The notes below the pieces were generated by a model that was not told where the DNA came from, did not search any database, and was given only the letters and a program-made list of their open reading frames with translations. 64,000 nucleotides of DNA from an uncultured Desulfobacter sp. (GTDB lineage: Bacteria > Desulfobacterota > Desulfobacteria > Desulfobacterales > Desulfobacteraceae): positions 5,536,001 to 5,600,000 of the forward strand of contig OY762069.1 of NCBI GenBank assembly GCA_963665095.1, in the 5' to 3' direction. This document shows, piece after piece, positions 20,920 through 30,734 of this stretch. Made by a program: the position numbers and the translations under genes. Numbering within the stretch: position 1 is the stretch's first letter; each line of letters opens with the position of its first letter.

Positions 20920-22044
20920 CTAAAGCTGAGCAATAATACGGCCGGTATCCGATGTTTCATATCCGGGAAGGCAGGAAAGCTCCTCCCGGAAGGATTTTGT
21001 CTGAATAATATCCAGAGCTGCGGCCACAGCGGGATGGTCAATGAGATCCGAGGGAATCACAAGATCACACCGAACATGCGAGAGAGGCACAAACGAAAGA
21101 CCGTTGGTCACTGCCACAGCCCGCAATCCCAACGCTGCGTCACACACCTTATGCAGCACGGCCTGGGCCCCCTGGAGGTGACTGTGGACTACATTCTGGT
21201 ATCCGGCAACGCAATCCGCTGTAATACCCTGGGCGTCAAGCATATCATCCAAGAGGGTGCGCAGGGCCGCACCGGACTCCCGGTTGACCAGACAAACATC
21301 TTCCCTGACCAGGTCGGCAATCCCCTTTATCTGTTTCGGATTCCCAGGTGCCACCAGCAGCCCCTCTTCAAAAGAGGAAAATCCGATCATAATTCCGGAC
21401 ACATCTTTCATTTTCTGGAGAACCAGATCCCTGTTGCCGTCTAAACCAGCCCGGGTGTGCATGTGGGTGCCGGCCATATGGGCCTGACCCATGGCCAGCC
21501 GCATTACGGCTTTTTCACTGGAGGCAAATCGGACATTCAGGCCGGTTTTGCCAGGCGTTTCCCTGACCCGGTGTCCCAGCACGGTAAACGCAGGGTCGCA
21601 CCCTAACAACAGGGCCGTAGATGCCATCTGTTCGTCGGACAGGAGCAGTCTGGCCCGGGACTGGCCCGGCTCCAGTAAACCGTCTGCCGCGCCTAAATCC
21701 TCCATCCTGGCATGGGTCCCCACCAGGGGATAGGCAAAGTGGCGGTCCCGGACTTTTGTGATGTTCACCCGCTGGCCCCAGGCATGCTCCTCATCCACCA
21801 GAATGACATTTCGGGCTTCCGCCGGGGCCGGGGAAAAAACATCCTCCACCCGGCAGTCCAGCACCTGGGCCATTGCCAGGGCCACCCCGGTGTTAGGCAG
21901 GTAACGGCCGGCCTCAATATCGTAAACAGCCTGACGCTTAATTCCCACCAGACCGGCCAGTTCGGTCTGAGTCATTTTCTTTTGTGTCCGCAGCTCCTTG
22001 AGGCGGCAGGTGATGCCCCGGGTGCGGTCAGACGCCTTGACCAT
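20920..22044 (-). CDS. XRE-HTH plus PBP-like (molybdate/tungstate-binding-type) transcriptional regulator
   Basis: N-terminal MTQTELAGLVGIKRQAVYDIEAGRYLPN; C-terminal GLLVAPGNPKQI..IADL..LVNRESGAALR...PGY. Divergent from modABC. Confidence 0.85.
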   Translation of the reverse strand: MVKASDRTRGITCRLKELRTQKKMTQTELAGLVGIKRQAVYDIEAGRYLPNTGVALAMAQVLDCRVEDVFSPAPAEARNVILVDEEHAWGQRVNITKVRDRHFAYPLVGTHARMEDLGAADGLLEPGQSRARLLLSDEQMASTALLLGCDPAFTVLGHRVRETPGKTGLNVRFASSEKAVMRLAMGQAHMAGTHMHTRAGLDGNRDLVLQKMKDVSGIMIGFSSFEEGLLVAPGNPKQIKGIADLVREDVCLVNRESGAALRTLLDDMLDAQGITADCVAGYQNVVHSHLQGAQAVLHKVCDAALGLRAVAVTNGLSFVPLSHVRCDLVIPSDLIDHPAVAAALDIIQTKSFREELSCLPGYETSDTGRIIAQL

Positions 22045-22252
22045 AACATCTCCCGCTTAAGTTAGTTTTTAAAAATCAGTACTATACCATACAATAAGTT
22101 TAAACAAAATAATACATAAATGTAGTTGAAAAAATTATATTGACGTGTATAAAATTATTTATTAAGACCCAGGTTTACTGGCAGACGCATAAAGAATTTA
22201 TGTCATGCCGGCCGTGAGCCCCAACAAAATAATTAAATAAAGGATTTTTACC

Positions 22253-23032
22253 ATGGCAGTAAAGCACGCCCGTTTGTATTCTATTATCATCAGTGCACTC
22301 ATCACTTTAAGCATGTGTCTTTTGAGCACAGCCCAGGCCGAATCCATCCGGATTTTTGCCGCAGCCTCCACCACCAATGCAATTACCGACATCATCAAGG
22401 CATATACCGATAAAACAGGCAAAGAGGTCACTCCGTCATTTGCATCCTCCTCCACCCTGGCCAAGCAAATTGCCCAGGGCGCGCCTGCTGACGTCTATCT
22501 CTCCGCCAATCCCAAATGGATGGACTTTATTGAAAAAAAAGAGCTGGTTGAACCCGGCACCCGGACCAACCTCTTAGGCAACCGGATCACCTTGATTCAA
22601 CCCAAATCAGGCCAGCTGAAACTGTCCATATCTGCGGATCTGGATCTTGCCGGTATTCTGGGCGATGACAAACTGGCCATGGGCGACCCGGATCATGTAC
22701 CGGCCGGCATATACGGTCGCAAGGCCCTGGAATCTTTGAAGCTGTGGGACAGTGTGGCGCCTAAAGTGGCCAGAGCCAAGGACGTGCGGGCGGCACTGGC
22801 GCTGGTGGAACGGGCTGAAGCCCCTTTAGGCATTGTATATGCCACGGATGCTGCCATCTCAAAAAAGATTGATGTGGTGGGCCTTTTTCCGGAAAACACC
22901 CATCCGCCAATTATCTATCCGGTGTGCATTGTCAAAGATAAAGCCAGTGCTGATGCCAAAGCTTTTTTTGCATTTTTGAAAGACCAGAAAGCCGCTGACA
23001 TTTTCAAAACCTATGGATTCTCTGTTAGATAA
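22253..23032 (+). CDS. modA: Molybdate ABC transporter substrate-binding protein
   Basis: Signal peptide; motifs FAAAS, FASSSTLAKQIAQGAPAD, GDPDHVPAGIYG, GIVYATDA, HPPIIYP. Confidence 0.95.
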   Translation: MAVKHARLYSIIISALITLSMCLLSTAQAESIRIFAAASTTNAITDIIKAYTDKTGKEVTPSFASSSTLAKQIAQGAPADVYLSANPKWMDFIEKKELVEPGTRTNLLGNRITLIQPKSGQLKLSISADLDLAGILGDDKLAMGDPDHVPAGIYGRKALESLKLWDSVAPKVARAKDVRAALALVERAEAPLGIVYATDAAISKKIDVVGLFPENTHPPIIYPVCIVKDKASADAKAFFAFLKDQKAADIFKTYGFSVR

Positions 23033-23038
23033 CCGGTT

Positions 23039-23743
23039 ATGTTTGATCTGACTCCCCTTGAAATTGAAGCCCTGAAGCTCAGTCTGTGGGTGGGTTTCTG
23101 GGCTGTCACCGGCAGTCTTGGACCCGGTATTTTTGCAGCCTGGCTGCTGGCCCGAAAAAATTTCTGGGGCAAGACTTTGGTGGACGGCCTGATCCACCTG
23201 CCCCTGGTGCTGCCTCCGGTGGTCACCGGATATATCCTGCTCCTGGTAATGGGCAAGCAGGGCGTGGTGGGACACTGGCTCTTCAAGCATCTGGGTTTCA
23301 GCTTTGCCTTTAACTGGAAGGGCGCGGCTCTGGCTTCGGGAATCATGGCATTTCCGTTACTGGTCCGGGCCATCCGGCTCTCCATGGAAAGCGTGGACCA
23401 GCGCCTGGAGCAGGCAGCCCAGACACTGGGGGCCGGGCCTTTGGACCAATTTTTCACGGTCACCCTGCCCCTGACCCTGCCAGGGATTCTTACAGGCATC
23501 ATCCTGGCCTTTGCCAGAAGTTTAAGCGAATTCGGGGCCACCATCACCTTTGTGTCCAACATTCCCGGAGAGACACGGACCCTGCCACTGGCCCTTTACA
23601 CCCTGACCCAGATGCCGGATGGCGAAGCAGGGGCGTTGCGCCTGTGCATTATCTGTGCAGGTGTGGCGCTGGCCGCCCTTGTGGCATCGGAAATGATGGG
23701 CCGCCGGCTGAACCGCACCCTGAAAGGAGACCGCAGTGCTTGA
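23039..23743 (+). CDS. modB: Molybdate ABC transporter permease
   Basis: Motifs LPLVLPPVVTGY, LEQAAQTLGA, FARSLSEFGATITF, TRTLPLA. Confidence 0.96.
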   Translation: MFDLTPLEIEALKLSLWVGFWAVTGSLGPGIFAAWLLARKNFWGKTLVDGLIHLPLVLPPVVTGYILLLVMGKQGVVGHWLFKHLGFSFAFNWKGAALASGIMAFPLLVRAIRLSMESVDQRLEQAAQTLGAGPLDQFFTVTLPLTLPGILTGIILAFARSLSEFGATITFVSNIPGETRTLPLALYTLTQMPDGEAGALRLCIICAGVALAALVASEMMGRRLNRTLKGDRSA

Positions 23744-24515
23744 GGTCAGCTTAAAGAAAAAACAAGGGGATTTTCTGGTGGATACTGCTTTCTCCAGCCG
23801 GGAAAACGGGGTGACCGCCCTGTTCGGCCGGTCCGGTGCCGGTAAGACTTCGGTAATCAACATGATCGCAGGGCTGTCCCGGCCTGATGAGGGATTTATA
23901 CGGATCAACGGTACGGTTGTCTTTGATTCCCAGAAAAAGATCAATCTGCGGCCCCATAAGCGCCAGGTGGGTTATGTTTTTCAGGAGGGCCGGCTGTTCC
24001 CCCATTTCAGCGTAAAATCCAACCTGATGTACGGCATGAAACGGATAAAATCCAGCCGCAGGTATATTGATTTCAGTAAAGTCGTGGATCTTCTGGGCAT
24101 CAACCACCTTCTGGACCGGCGGCCGGCAACGCTCTCCGGCGGGGAAAAACAGCGGGTGGCGATTGGCCGGGCACTTCTGGCCAGCCCTCGCCTGCTGCTC
24201 ATGGATGAACCTCTGGCATCGCTGGATGCGGCCCGGAAAGCCGAAGTGCTGCCATTTATCAACAAGCTGCCCGGCCAGTTTGACATTCCCATCCTCTACG
24301 TCAGCCACTCCCTGGACGAAATCACACACCTCGCCCACAACCTGGTATTTCTTGTGGACGGCACCACCCGGGCCAGTGGCCCTTTGGACGAAATAACCCA
24401 GCGCAGGGATTTCAAAGAAGTTGTGGGCCTGTTACCCGTACCATCTTTGCCCGACTCACAGGAAAACAAACTGTCCGACACCGCGCAGCTCTCCATTGCA
24501 GCCTGCTCCGGTTGA
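23736..24515 (+). CDS. modC: Molybdate ABC transporter ATPase, short form without an evident TOBE domain
   Basis: Motifs GRSGAGKT, YVFQEGRLFPH, LSGGEKQRVAIGRALL, LLMDEP. Confidence 0.93.
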   Translation: MLEVSLKKKQGDFLVDTAFSSRENGVTALFGRSGAGKTSVINMIAGLSRPDEGFIRINGTVVFDSQKKINLRPHKRQVGYVFQEGRLFPHFSVKSNLMYGMKRIKSSRRYIDFSKVVDLLGINHLLDRRPATLSGGEKQRVAIGRALLASPRLLLMDEPLASLDAARKAEVLPFINKLPGQFDIPILYVSHSLDEITHLAHNLVFLVDGTTRASGPLDEITQRRDFKEVVGLLPVPSLPDSQENKLSDTAQLSIAACSG

Positions 24516-24541
24516 TCGGAATTCCGAGCAATAAATGAAAT

Positions 24542-24607
24542 AATAATTGGGGTCAGAGTAAAATTAAATTCAACAGCAAATTTAATTTTACTCTGACCCC
24601 AATTATT
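24542..24607. repeat. Perfect 29-bp inverted repeat (REP-like, possibly a bidirectional terminator)
   Basis: AATAATTGGGGTCAGAGTAAAATTAAATT, an 8-nt loop, then the exact reverse complement; lies between convergent genes. Confidence 0.85.
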
Positions 24608-24620
24608 TTGCTCATATCTG

Positions 24621-25769
24621 CTACACAACGGTCAGCAGCATAAAACAATGGGAGAACCTGCCGCTTTCAGGAATGAAGCAGAGCAGCTTTTCCCCTGTTT
24701 TGAGCTTACCGGATTTAAAGAGCTCTTCCATGATTACATAGATGGATGCCGATCCGATGTTGCCTGTGTAGGGGAGATTGGTAAACCACTTTTCATAGGG
24801 GATTTCAAATCCCACTTCTTTCATGACCTGGTAGAATTTGTCTCTGAAAAAATGAGAGGAGTAGTGGGGCAGATACCAGTCAATATCCTCCGGGGTGAGC
24901 TGCCGTTTTTTGACTGTCTGGCTCAGGGTCCGGCCCATGGTTTTTACAATCTGGCTGCCTAAAAGCCTTGTGTCCTGTTTTACTGCCAGAAGATTTTCAG
25001 CTGCTGCTGCCGCACAGGAATCGGCCTCCCGCCATCCAAATATGGAGCCATCCTCGTTCTGCTTTCCGCCGGCATACATGCAGGTGGGAAACTCTCCGGC
25101 ATAGGAGAGCATATCAATCCACTCAATTTTTAATGAAATCCCTTTTTCATTGGGTTTATTGGAGATAAATGCCGCACCTGCGCCATCAGAGAGCATCCAG
25201 CGAAGGAAATCCGCATTAAACGCAAGGATGGGCTTATTGGGTATATCTGCATTTGGATCCACCTCCAGCGAAAAGAAATTGGCTCTCATGAATGATGAGG
25301 CAAGTTCCGAACCCGTGCATACCGCATTCTGGGACGACCCGCTTGCCACAGCCATCTGGGCGTATTTCAGGGCATTCATCCCGGAGAGACAGATGCCGGC
25401 CATTGAGGCTACCTCACAGGGGGGAACCTTCAGTTCTCCGGCCACCATCATGCCGTGTCCAGGCATAATGACATCCGGACTTGTGGTACCGCAACACAGC
25501 AACTCAATGTCCTCAATTTTAAAACCCTCGTAGGGCTTAAGACCTTTAACCGCCTCAGCACAGAGCCGGGCATTGGTATGGGTGAACCTGCCGGTGGAGG
25601 GATCAATGGCATAATACCGTTGTTCGATTTTATTGTTGGCCAGCATTTTGGTTTTGGTCCGGGATGGAATGTCGTTGATCCGGCCTAAAACATCTTCAAT
25701 CTCACTGTTGGAAACAGGCGAATTGGGCAAAAATGCGGACAGGTCGTTAATATACGCGGGTTGAGTCAT
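24621..25769 (-). CDS. Beta-ketoacyl-ACP synthase III, DarB/StlD-like
   Basis: Motifs RYYAID, MPGHGMMV, catalytic AGICLSG, FLRWMLSDGAGA, LPHYSS, GNIGSAS, FIPESGRFS. Confidence 0.85.
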   Translation of the reverse strand: MTQPAYINDLSAFLPNSPVSNSEIEDVLGRINDIPSRTKTKMLANNKIEQRYYAIDPSTGRFTHTNARLCAEAVKGLKPYEGFKIEDIELLCCGTTSPDVIMPGHGMMVAGELKVPPCEVASMAGICLSGMNALKYAQMAVASGSSQNAVCTGSELASSFMRANFFSLEVDPNADIPNKPILAFNADFLRWMLSDGAGAAFISNKPNEKGISLKIEWIDMLSYAGEFPTCMYAGGKQNEDGSIFGWREADSCAAAAAENLLAVKQDTRLLGSQIVKTMGRTLSQTVKKRQLTPEDIDWYLPHYSSHFFRDKFYQVMKEVGFEIPYEKWFTNLPYTGNIGSASIYVIMEELFKSGKLKTGEKLLCFIPESGRFSHCFMLLTVV

Positions 25770-25782
25770 TTAAATCTTCCTA

Positions 25783-27087
25783 TCATTGGGTCTTTTCAAT
25801 ATGTTTATGAAATTTTCGGAAAAGATCTGAATAAAGGCCGTAAAACTCTTCTTTCTCCAACGTTGTTTTTGTCACTGCATTGGAAAAGGTGTAGTAGGCC
25901 AGATCAGAAATTTCTATTTGATCTTTCATTTTTTCAAACAGAGGCGTTCCAGGGATGGGCGTAAGAATTGAGGGGACGGGCAGCTCTATTTCATGGATCT
26001 GAATAAAGTCTTCAAGATTTTGAAAATCTTTTCGGCTGTAATCCGGTGAAATAATAAAATCGCCAATTACTTTCAATCCGCTTCTCTTAAGCCACTGGAG
26101 CGCTTTTATATTTATATCCACACTGCTTTTTTTATTAAACAGCCTGAGACGCATGTTATCTATCTCTTCAAATCCAATGACCACAGCAGCCAGTCCCGCT
26201 TTCTGCCACAGTTCAATGACATCCGGGTGATTGACGACCGTATCAGCCCTGACGTCCGCCACAATCATTTTTTTGACGCCGGATTCAATGATGGCCCGGG
26301 CAAACTTTCTGGCATAAGAAATACGGCCAAAGGTATTGGCGTCAACACACCGGATAAGCGGTACGTTTCCAAGCAGCTTCATGCAGTTAATTGAGGCGTT
26401 GATGGAGTGGGTCAGGTATTGTCCCGTGATATTGGGAATGGAACAGAATGCGCATGAATGCACGCATCCCATAGCCGTCACAACAAAACCTGCCTTGCCG
26501 ATCCCCCCCATAACATATGTATCCCGGTATGTTTCAACAAGGTCGTACCGTGGCGGGCGGTCATCAACCAGATCCTCAAAGCTGTATTTTCTGGGAATAA
26601 AGTTCAACGGCCTTCCCGGAGTTGTCTTTACCACACCAGGAAAAGTGACGGCCTGATTGGATTCAAGGCACTCAATCAGTTCTCTGAAACTTTTCTTGCC
26701 TACGCCGCAAACAATATAATCAATGGCATCAACGTTGAAATATTCCGGATCACAGGAGGCATGATGGCCTCCGGCAACCACAGGTATCTTATTGCTCACA
26801 GGGCAGTTCTTGACCTGCCGGGCAATATCAATCAGTGTATCGGCCTCACAAGTAACACTTGTAATGCCGACAATATCCGGCATAAAAGACTGAAGTGTTT
26901 CAAGAAGAGCGGATGCCGGATCCACTTTTAAATCCAGAATTTTTACATCATGGTCAAACAGATTGCCGGCAAGCACCTCAAGCGCCAGAGGTTCCCCTTT
27001 AAAAATAGTTTTTATGGAGGTAATGCCAAATTGCTCCTCCGGGATACTCCTGCCGGAGTTTGGTGGATTAATTAATAAAATTTTCAT
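25783..27087 (-). CDS. B12-binding radical SAM protein (class B methyltransferase-like)
   Basis: B12-binding domain (LLINPP...EPLALEVLA...VAGGHHAS); CVHSCAFC; IGFE; LTPIPGT. Confidence 0.9.
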   Translation of the reverse strand: MKILLINPPNSGRSIPEEQFGITSIKTIFKGEPLALEVLAGNLFDHDVKILDLKVDPASALLETLQSFMPDIVGITSVTCEADTLIDIARQVKNCPVSNKIPVVAGGHHASCDPEYFNVDAIDYIVCGVGKKSFRELIECLESNQAVTFPGVVKTTPGRPLNFIPRKYSFEDLVDDRPPRYDLVETYRDTYVMGGIGKAGFVVTAMGCVHSCAFCSIPNITGQYLTHSINASINCMKLLGNVPLIRCVDANTFGRISYARKFARAIIESGVKKMIVADVRADTVVNHPDVIELWQKAGLAAVVIGFEEIDNMRLRLFNKKSSVDINIKALQWLKRSGLKVIGDFIISPDYSRKDFQNLEDFIQIHEIELPVPSILTPIPGTPLFEKMKDQIEISDLAYYTFSNAVTKTTLEKEEFYGLYSDLFRKFHKHIEKTQ

Positions 27088-27403
27088 TTACTTCCCTAGT
27101 TCATCCATAAGGGTATCTATATCTATAAATAATCCCATTACGAAACCGTATGGACAAATGATCATATTTTCATCCTGCGTTGAGTGGCTAAGAATATCAG
27201 CGATAACACCATAAAACGCAAGAAAAAAATCAGCAGAACACCATAAAAACAATTGGCCGGGCCTGCCAGCCGGCTTTACCAAAGAATATAGGGATCCTGC
27301 CATGGACAACCGGTCTCCAGCATGATCCCAAACTTGTGAATACAGAAAAAAAAATGTAATATCTGCCGCACAATTTAACTGACAGGTGGTACCGGATTTA
27401 TTT

Positions 27404-28630
27404 ATGAAATGCCAAACTCAAACAGAAAACAAAAAAATTTTGGTGCTGGGGATGGGATGCGTCTCTGCCGCAGGCGTTACCATCGAAGAGAACCTGACCC
27501 ATCTGTTTTCAGAACAGCAAAAAAGTTGCCTGCCTTCAAGGTTCACCACCGATCACAGCCCGGCGTTTCCTGTTTTTGAAGTCACGCTGCCAGCCCCTGA
27601 TTCCATTTTTACCGTAAAGGAGCAAAAGGCCATTGCCACCCTTTCTCTGACTTGCAGATTGATGATTGAGGCCGCATCCAGAGCCATTGTTCAGGCAGGA
27701 ATTCTGCCTGAATGGTTTGCAGGAAAACGGGTTGGCGTCTGTGTGGGGACATCTGTGGGCAGTACCCCCAATTCCGTATCGTTTTATCGAGATTTCCGCC
27801 AGGGCAAAAATCCGGATACGACGGATTTTACGCGTTACCTGAGAAGCAACCCGGCCCAGAGCCTGTCCAGGCTGCTCAATCTGAACGGCCCGGTTCAGAC
27901 CATTAACAATGCCTGCGCTTCAGGAACAGATGCCATCGGTATTGCTGCCTGCTGGCTTCAACAGGGCATTTGTGACGTTGCCCTGGCCGGGGGAGCGGAT
28001 GAGCTTTCAAAGGTGTCCTATAATGGATTTGCATCGTTGCAAATCCTGGATCACAGCCCTGCCCGCCCCTTTGACCAGAACCGGAGGGGATTGAACCTTG
28101 GCGAGGGGGCCGGTATGGTACTGATGGGCACCGAAGGCATGCCATCCAAAGCGCCCGTTTGGGGAAAAGTAAGGGGATACGGAATCAGTAACGACCGGTA
28201 CCATCTGGTTGCACCGCATCCGGAAGGGAGAGGCCTGAAAGCAGCCCTTGATCAGGGCTTACACTTTGCCAAAGCCACCTCTGACCAGATCAGTTTTGTC
28301 AATGCCCACGGCACTGGCACCCGGGACAATGATCTTGTGGAGAGCCGGGCCCTGGCAGAGAAACTGCCTGGTGTCCCCTTTTTCTCAACCAAGGGCAGTA
28401 CCGGTCATACACTGGGCGCGGCCGGTGCCATTGAGGCTATTTATACCCTGGTCTGTCTGAATATGGGAAAAATCCCTTCGAGCAAAGGGTTTGAACATCC
28501 CGATCCAGACATGCCCTGTTCCCCCGTCACATCACCTATGCCGGTGACAGGTAATCTGGCTGTCTCTCAATCCCTGGCATTTGGAGGACATAACAGCGTG
28601 CTGGTGCTGGAAAAAGGAGAGGGCATATGA
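27404..28630 (+). CDS. Beta-ketoacyl synthase (FabF/aryl-polyene-type KS)
   Basis: Cys-His-His triad in NNACASG, NAHGTGT and GHTLGAAG; C-terminal AFGGHN. Confidence 0.92.
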   Translation: MKCQTQTENKKILVLGMGCVSAAGVTIEENLTHLFSEQQKSCLPSRFTTDHSPAFPVFEVTLPAPDSIFTVKEQKAIATLSLTCRLMIEAASRAIVQAGILPEWFAGKRVGVCVGTSVGSTPNSVSFYRDFRQGKNPDTTDFTRYLRSNPAQSLSRLLNLNGPVQTINNACASGTDAIGIAACWLQQGICDVALAGGADELSKVSYNGFASLQILDHSPARPFDQNRRGLNLGEGAGMVLMGTEGMPSKAPVWGKVRGYGISNDRYHLVAPHPEGRGLKAALDQGLHFAKATSDQISFVNAHGTGTRDNDLVESRALAEKLPGVPFFSTKGSTGHTLGAAGAIEAIYTLVCLNMGKIPSSKGFEHPDPDMPCSPVTSPMPVTGNLAVSQSLAFGGHNSVLVLEKGEGI

Positions 28631-29565
28631 TTGTTGCCATCCGGGGGATCGGACCGATTGGTGCATTCGGGACAGGCAGAACAGATCTGGCAGAAGCACT
28701 TGACAAGCACTTGAATACAACTTCACAAACCGGTCAACACCTTGAGACTGTATTCAAAACGGACACCTCAACACTGTCAAATTTTGTAGCGGCAAAAAAG
28801 CTGCGGCGCATGGATCATTATGCCTGCATGGTCCTTTTATCCGCAGGCCTTGCCCTGAAGGATGCCGGTTTAAGTGCTGAAGAAAAAAAAGAAACCGGTA
28901 TAATTCTGGCCACCGGTCATGGCCCGATTGAAACCGGTTTTTCTTTTCTGGAATCATTTATAGACAAGGGGGACAGCTTAAGCAAACCCACACGATTCTC
29001 AACCTCGGTACATACCTTTTCTGCATCATCGTTGTCTTTAATCTATGGCATTGAAGGGCCGGTCCTCAATGTGGCGGATTTTGATCTGCCTTTTATTTCA
29101 GCCATCATAACGGCTGTTGCCTGGCTTAAAGAAAAACGGGTATCTCATGTACTTGTTGGGGGCGTAGACGAACTGAGCAAGGCCGCCATGTACGCTGCCC
29201 CTGTGCCGCATCCAGGGGAGGGCGGCTGTTTTTTTATTTTATCTGAAGCATCCAACGCTGCCATCGACCTGGCACATGCTGATATTTTTGATCCCGGCGC
29301 TATGGATCCTGCATTCCTGCAGGACTACTGTTTTATCGGACGGGAAATGGAAAAAAACGTGCTCACCCCGGTCATGGCTCCTTGGATTCTTACAACAGAA
29401 ACCCTTTACGGCAATTTTCCATCCTCCGCAGCCCTTGATCTTGCCTGCGCTGCCATTTTGCAGACCCATTCCGGCATTGCCGGAAAGTGCAATGTAAATG
29501 CCGGACGGCGGCTGGGTTCTATTCGTACCGGCCGCCGTCTGTGTGGAACAATCATGCTTGCCTAG
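28627..29565 (+). CDS. Chain-length-factor-like inactive ketosynthase
   Basis: KS N-terminal fold motifs LRRMD, PTRFSTSVHT and VGGVDE. No catalytic Cys or His. ATGA overlap with the KS gene. Confidence 0.8.
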   Translation: MIVAIRGIGPIGAFGTGRTDLAEALDKHLNTTSQTGQHLETVFKTDTSTLSNFVAAKKLRRMDHYACMVLLSAGLALKDAGLSAEEKKETGIILATGHGPIETGFSFLESFIDKGDSLSKPTRFSTSVHTFSASSLSLIYGIEGPVLNVADFDLPFISAIITAVAWLKEKRVSHVLVGGVDELSKAAMYAAPVPHPGEGGCFFILSEASNAAIDLAHADIFDPGAMDPAFLQDYCFIGREMEKNVLTPVMAPWILTTETLYGNFPSSAALDLACAAILQTHSGIAGKCNVNAGRRLGSIRTGRRLCGTIMLA

Positions 29566-29586
29566 CGGATTCTCAGGGGTGAAGAA

Positions 29587-30597
29587 TTAATAAAAGGTAT
29601 ACCTGAGCAAAATGGAAATTACAGATGAGCTATGATCGGTGCCAGCAGCGTCACGATAAAATAAGACCAAGTCGTAGTCATTATAATACCAGACCGAATC
29701 ATCCTGCATCTCATCGTAATGAAGATAGGCGTAGCCGACATCCACGGCAACCGTTCTGGTGATGTTAAAACTTGCTTTAATATCCGCAGCAAATAAATCA
29801 CCGCCGTTGAAATCATCATGGGTGATAAGATTTCTCATATAGTGATGATCAATGGCCTCACACTGCACCAGTGGTGAATAAATGGCGCGACCGGACAATG
29901 ACACGACTTTATTAAAGTTAAGGTTGAAACCAAAGCCGACATAAACAGCCCAGAATGTCTGTTCATAACTGATTACAAGCTCATTCGGGTCAAACGAACC
30001 AGTGGTGTCCCGGAAGCTGGAATCAGTATACACATAGTCTCCGCCATAGGCATCCCAATTAAAACTATCCCTTTTAAACCCCAGAATAAACGACAATCCG
30101 ACAATCGGTTTATTTATAAATTTCCAGGCGCCATTAATATCAAGCATGGTCACAGAAGTGACATCTGTATCGTCGTGATGAGACCAGTCGGTCCAATCTC
30201 CCCCGACATTGGCCCAGTCATAATCATCCATGGTACCTTCTCCGTCTGTGGCACTGAAGTATCCGTTAAAATTAATGCTCCAGTCTTTTAAAAACGAAAT
30301 ACAGGCGGTAACATTTATCAGATACTGGCTGTCAATTTCCCAGGTAAGCTCACTGGCTTTATGGTTATTGTATTCCGGCCAGAAAACAAGCTCTTTGGAT
30401 TCACCTGTCATATATCCTGCTCCCAGCCCGACACTAAATGTCGTTGATCCATCTGCGGTCTCGCCACTTACGAGCTCCCCTTTTTGTCCTGTTCCAAACC
30501 TGCCCGAAGCGGCTTGAGCCTCGAACAGGGTTAAGGTTAGACATACAGAGACGATAGCGGCACCAAAGTAACAAACAGCTTTGCGTCTGAACCCCAT
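29587..30597 (-). CDS. Omptin-family outer-membrane protease (copy 1)
   Basis: Signal peptide; motifs KASELTW, MDDYDW, WSHH..T, DHHYMR; C-terminal YTFY beta-signal. Confidence 0.85.
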   Translation of the reverse strand: MGFRRKAVCYFGAAIVSVCLTLTLFEAQAASGRFGTGQKGELVSGETADGSTTFSVGLGAGYMTGESKELVFWPEYNNHKASELTWEIDSQYLINVTACISFLKDWSINFNGYFSATDGEGTMDDYDWANVGGDWTDWSHHDDTDVTSVTMLDINGAWKFINKPIVGLSFILGFKRDSFNWDAYGGDYVYTDSSFRDTTGSFDPNELVISYEQTFWAVYVGFGFNLNFNKVVSLSGRAIYSPLVQCEAIDHHYMRNLITHDDFNGGDLFAADIKASFNITRTVAVDVGYAYLHYDEMQDDSVWYYNDYDLVLFYRDAAGTDHSSSVISILLRYTFY

Positions 30598-30734
30598 AAT
30601 ATCCTCCTTGAAGCCGGGACAGGATAGCCCCTTGGCCCTTATACAGTTTTGAACATCATACCAATACGAATGAAACGCACTGTAACATTAAACCTGGACA
30701 ATGACCAGCCACGTTCCAGGGTATTCCGCCTTCC

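Noticed and set aside
27088..27309. 73-aa ORF upstream of the radical SAM gene
   Set aside because: TTG start, no clear ribosome-binding site or motif. It may be a gene remnant but cannot be supported.
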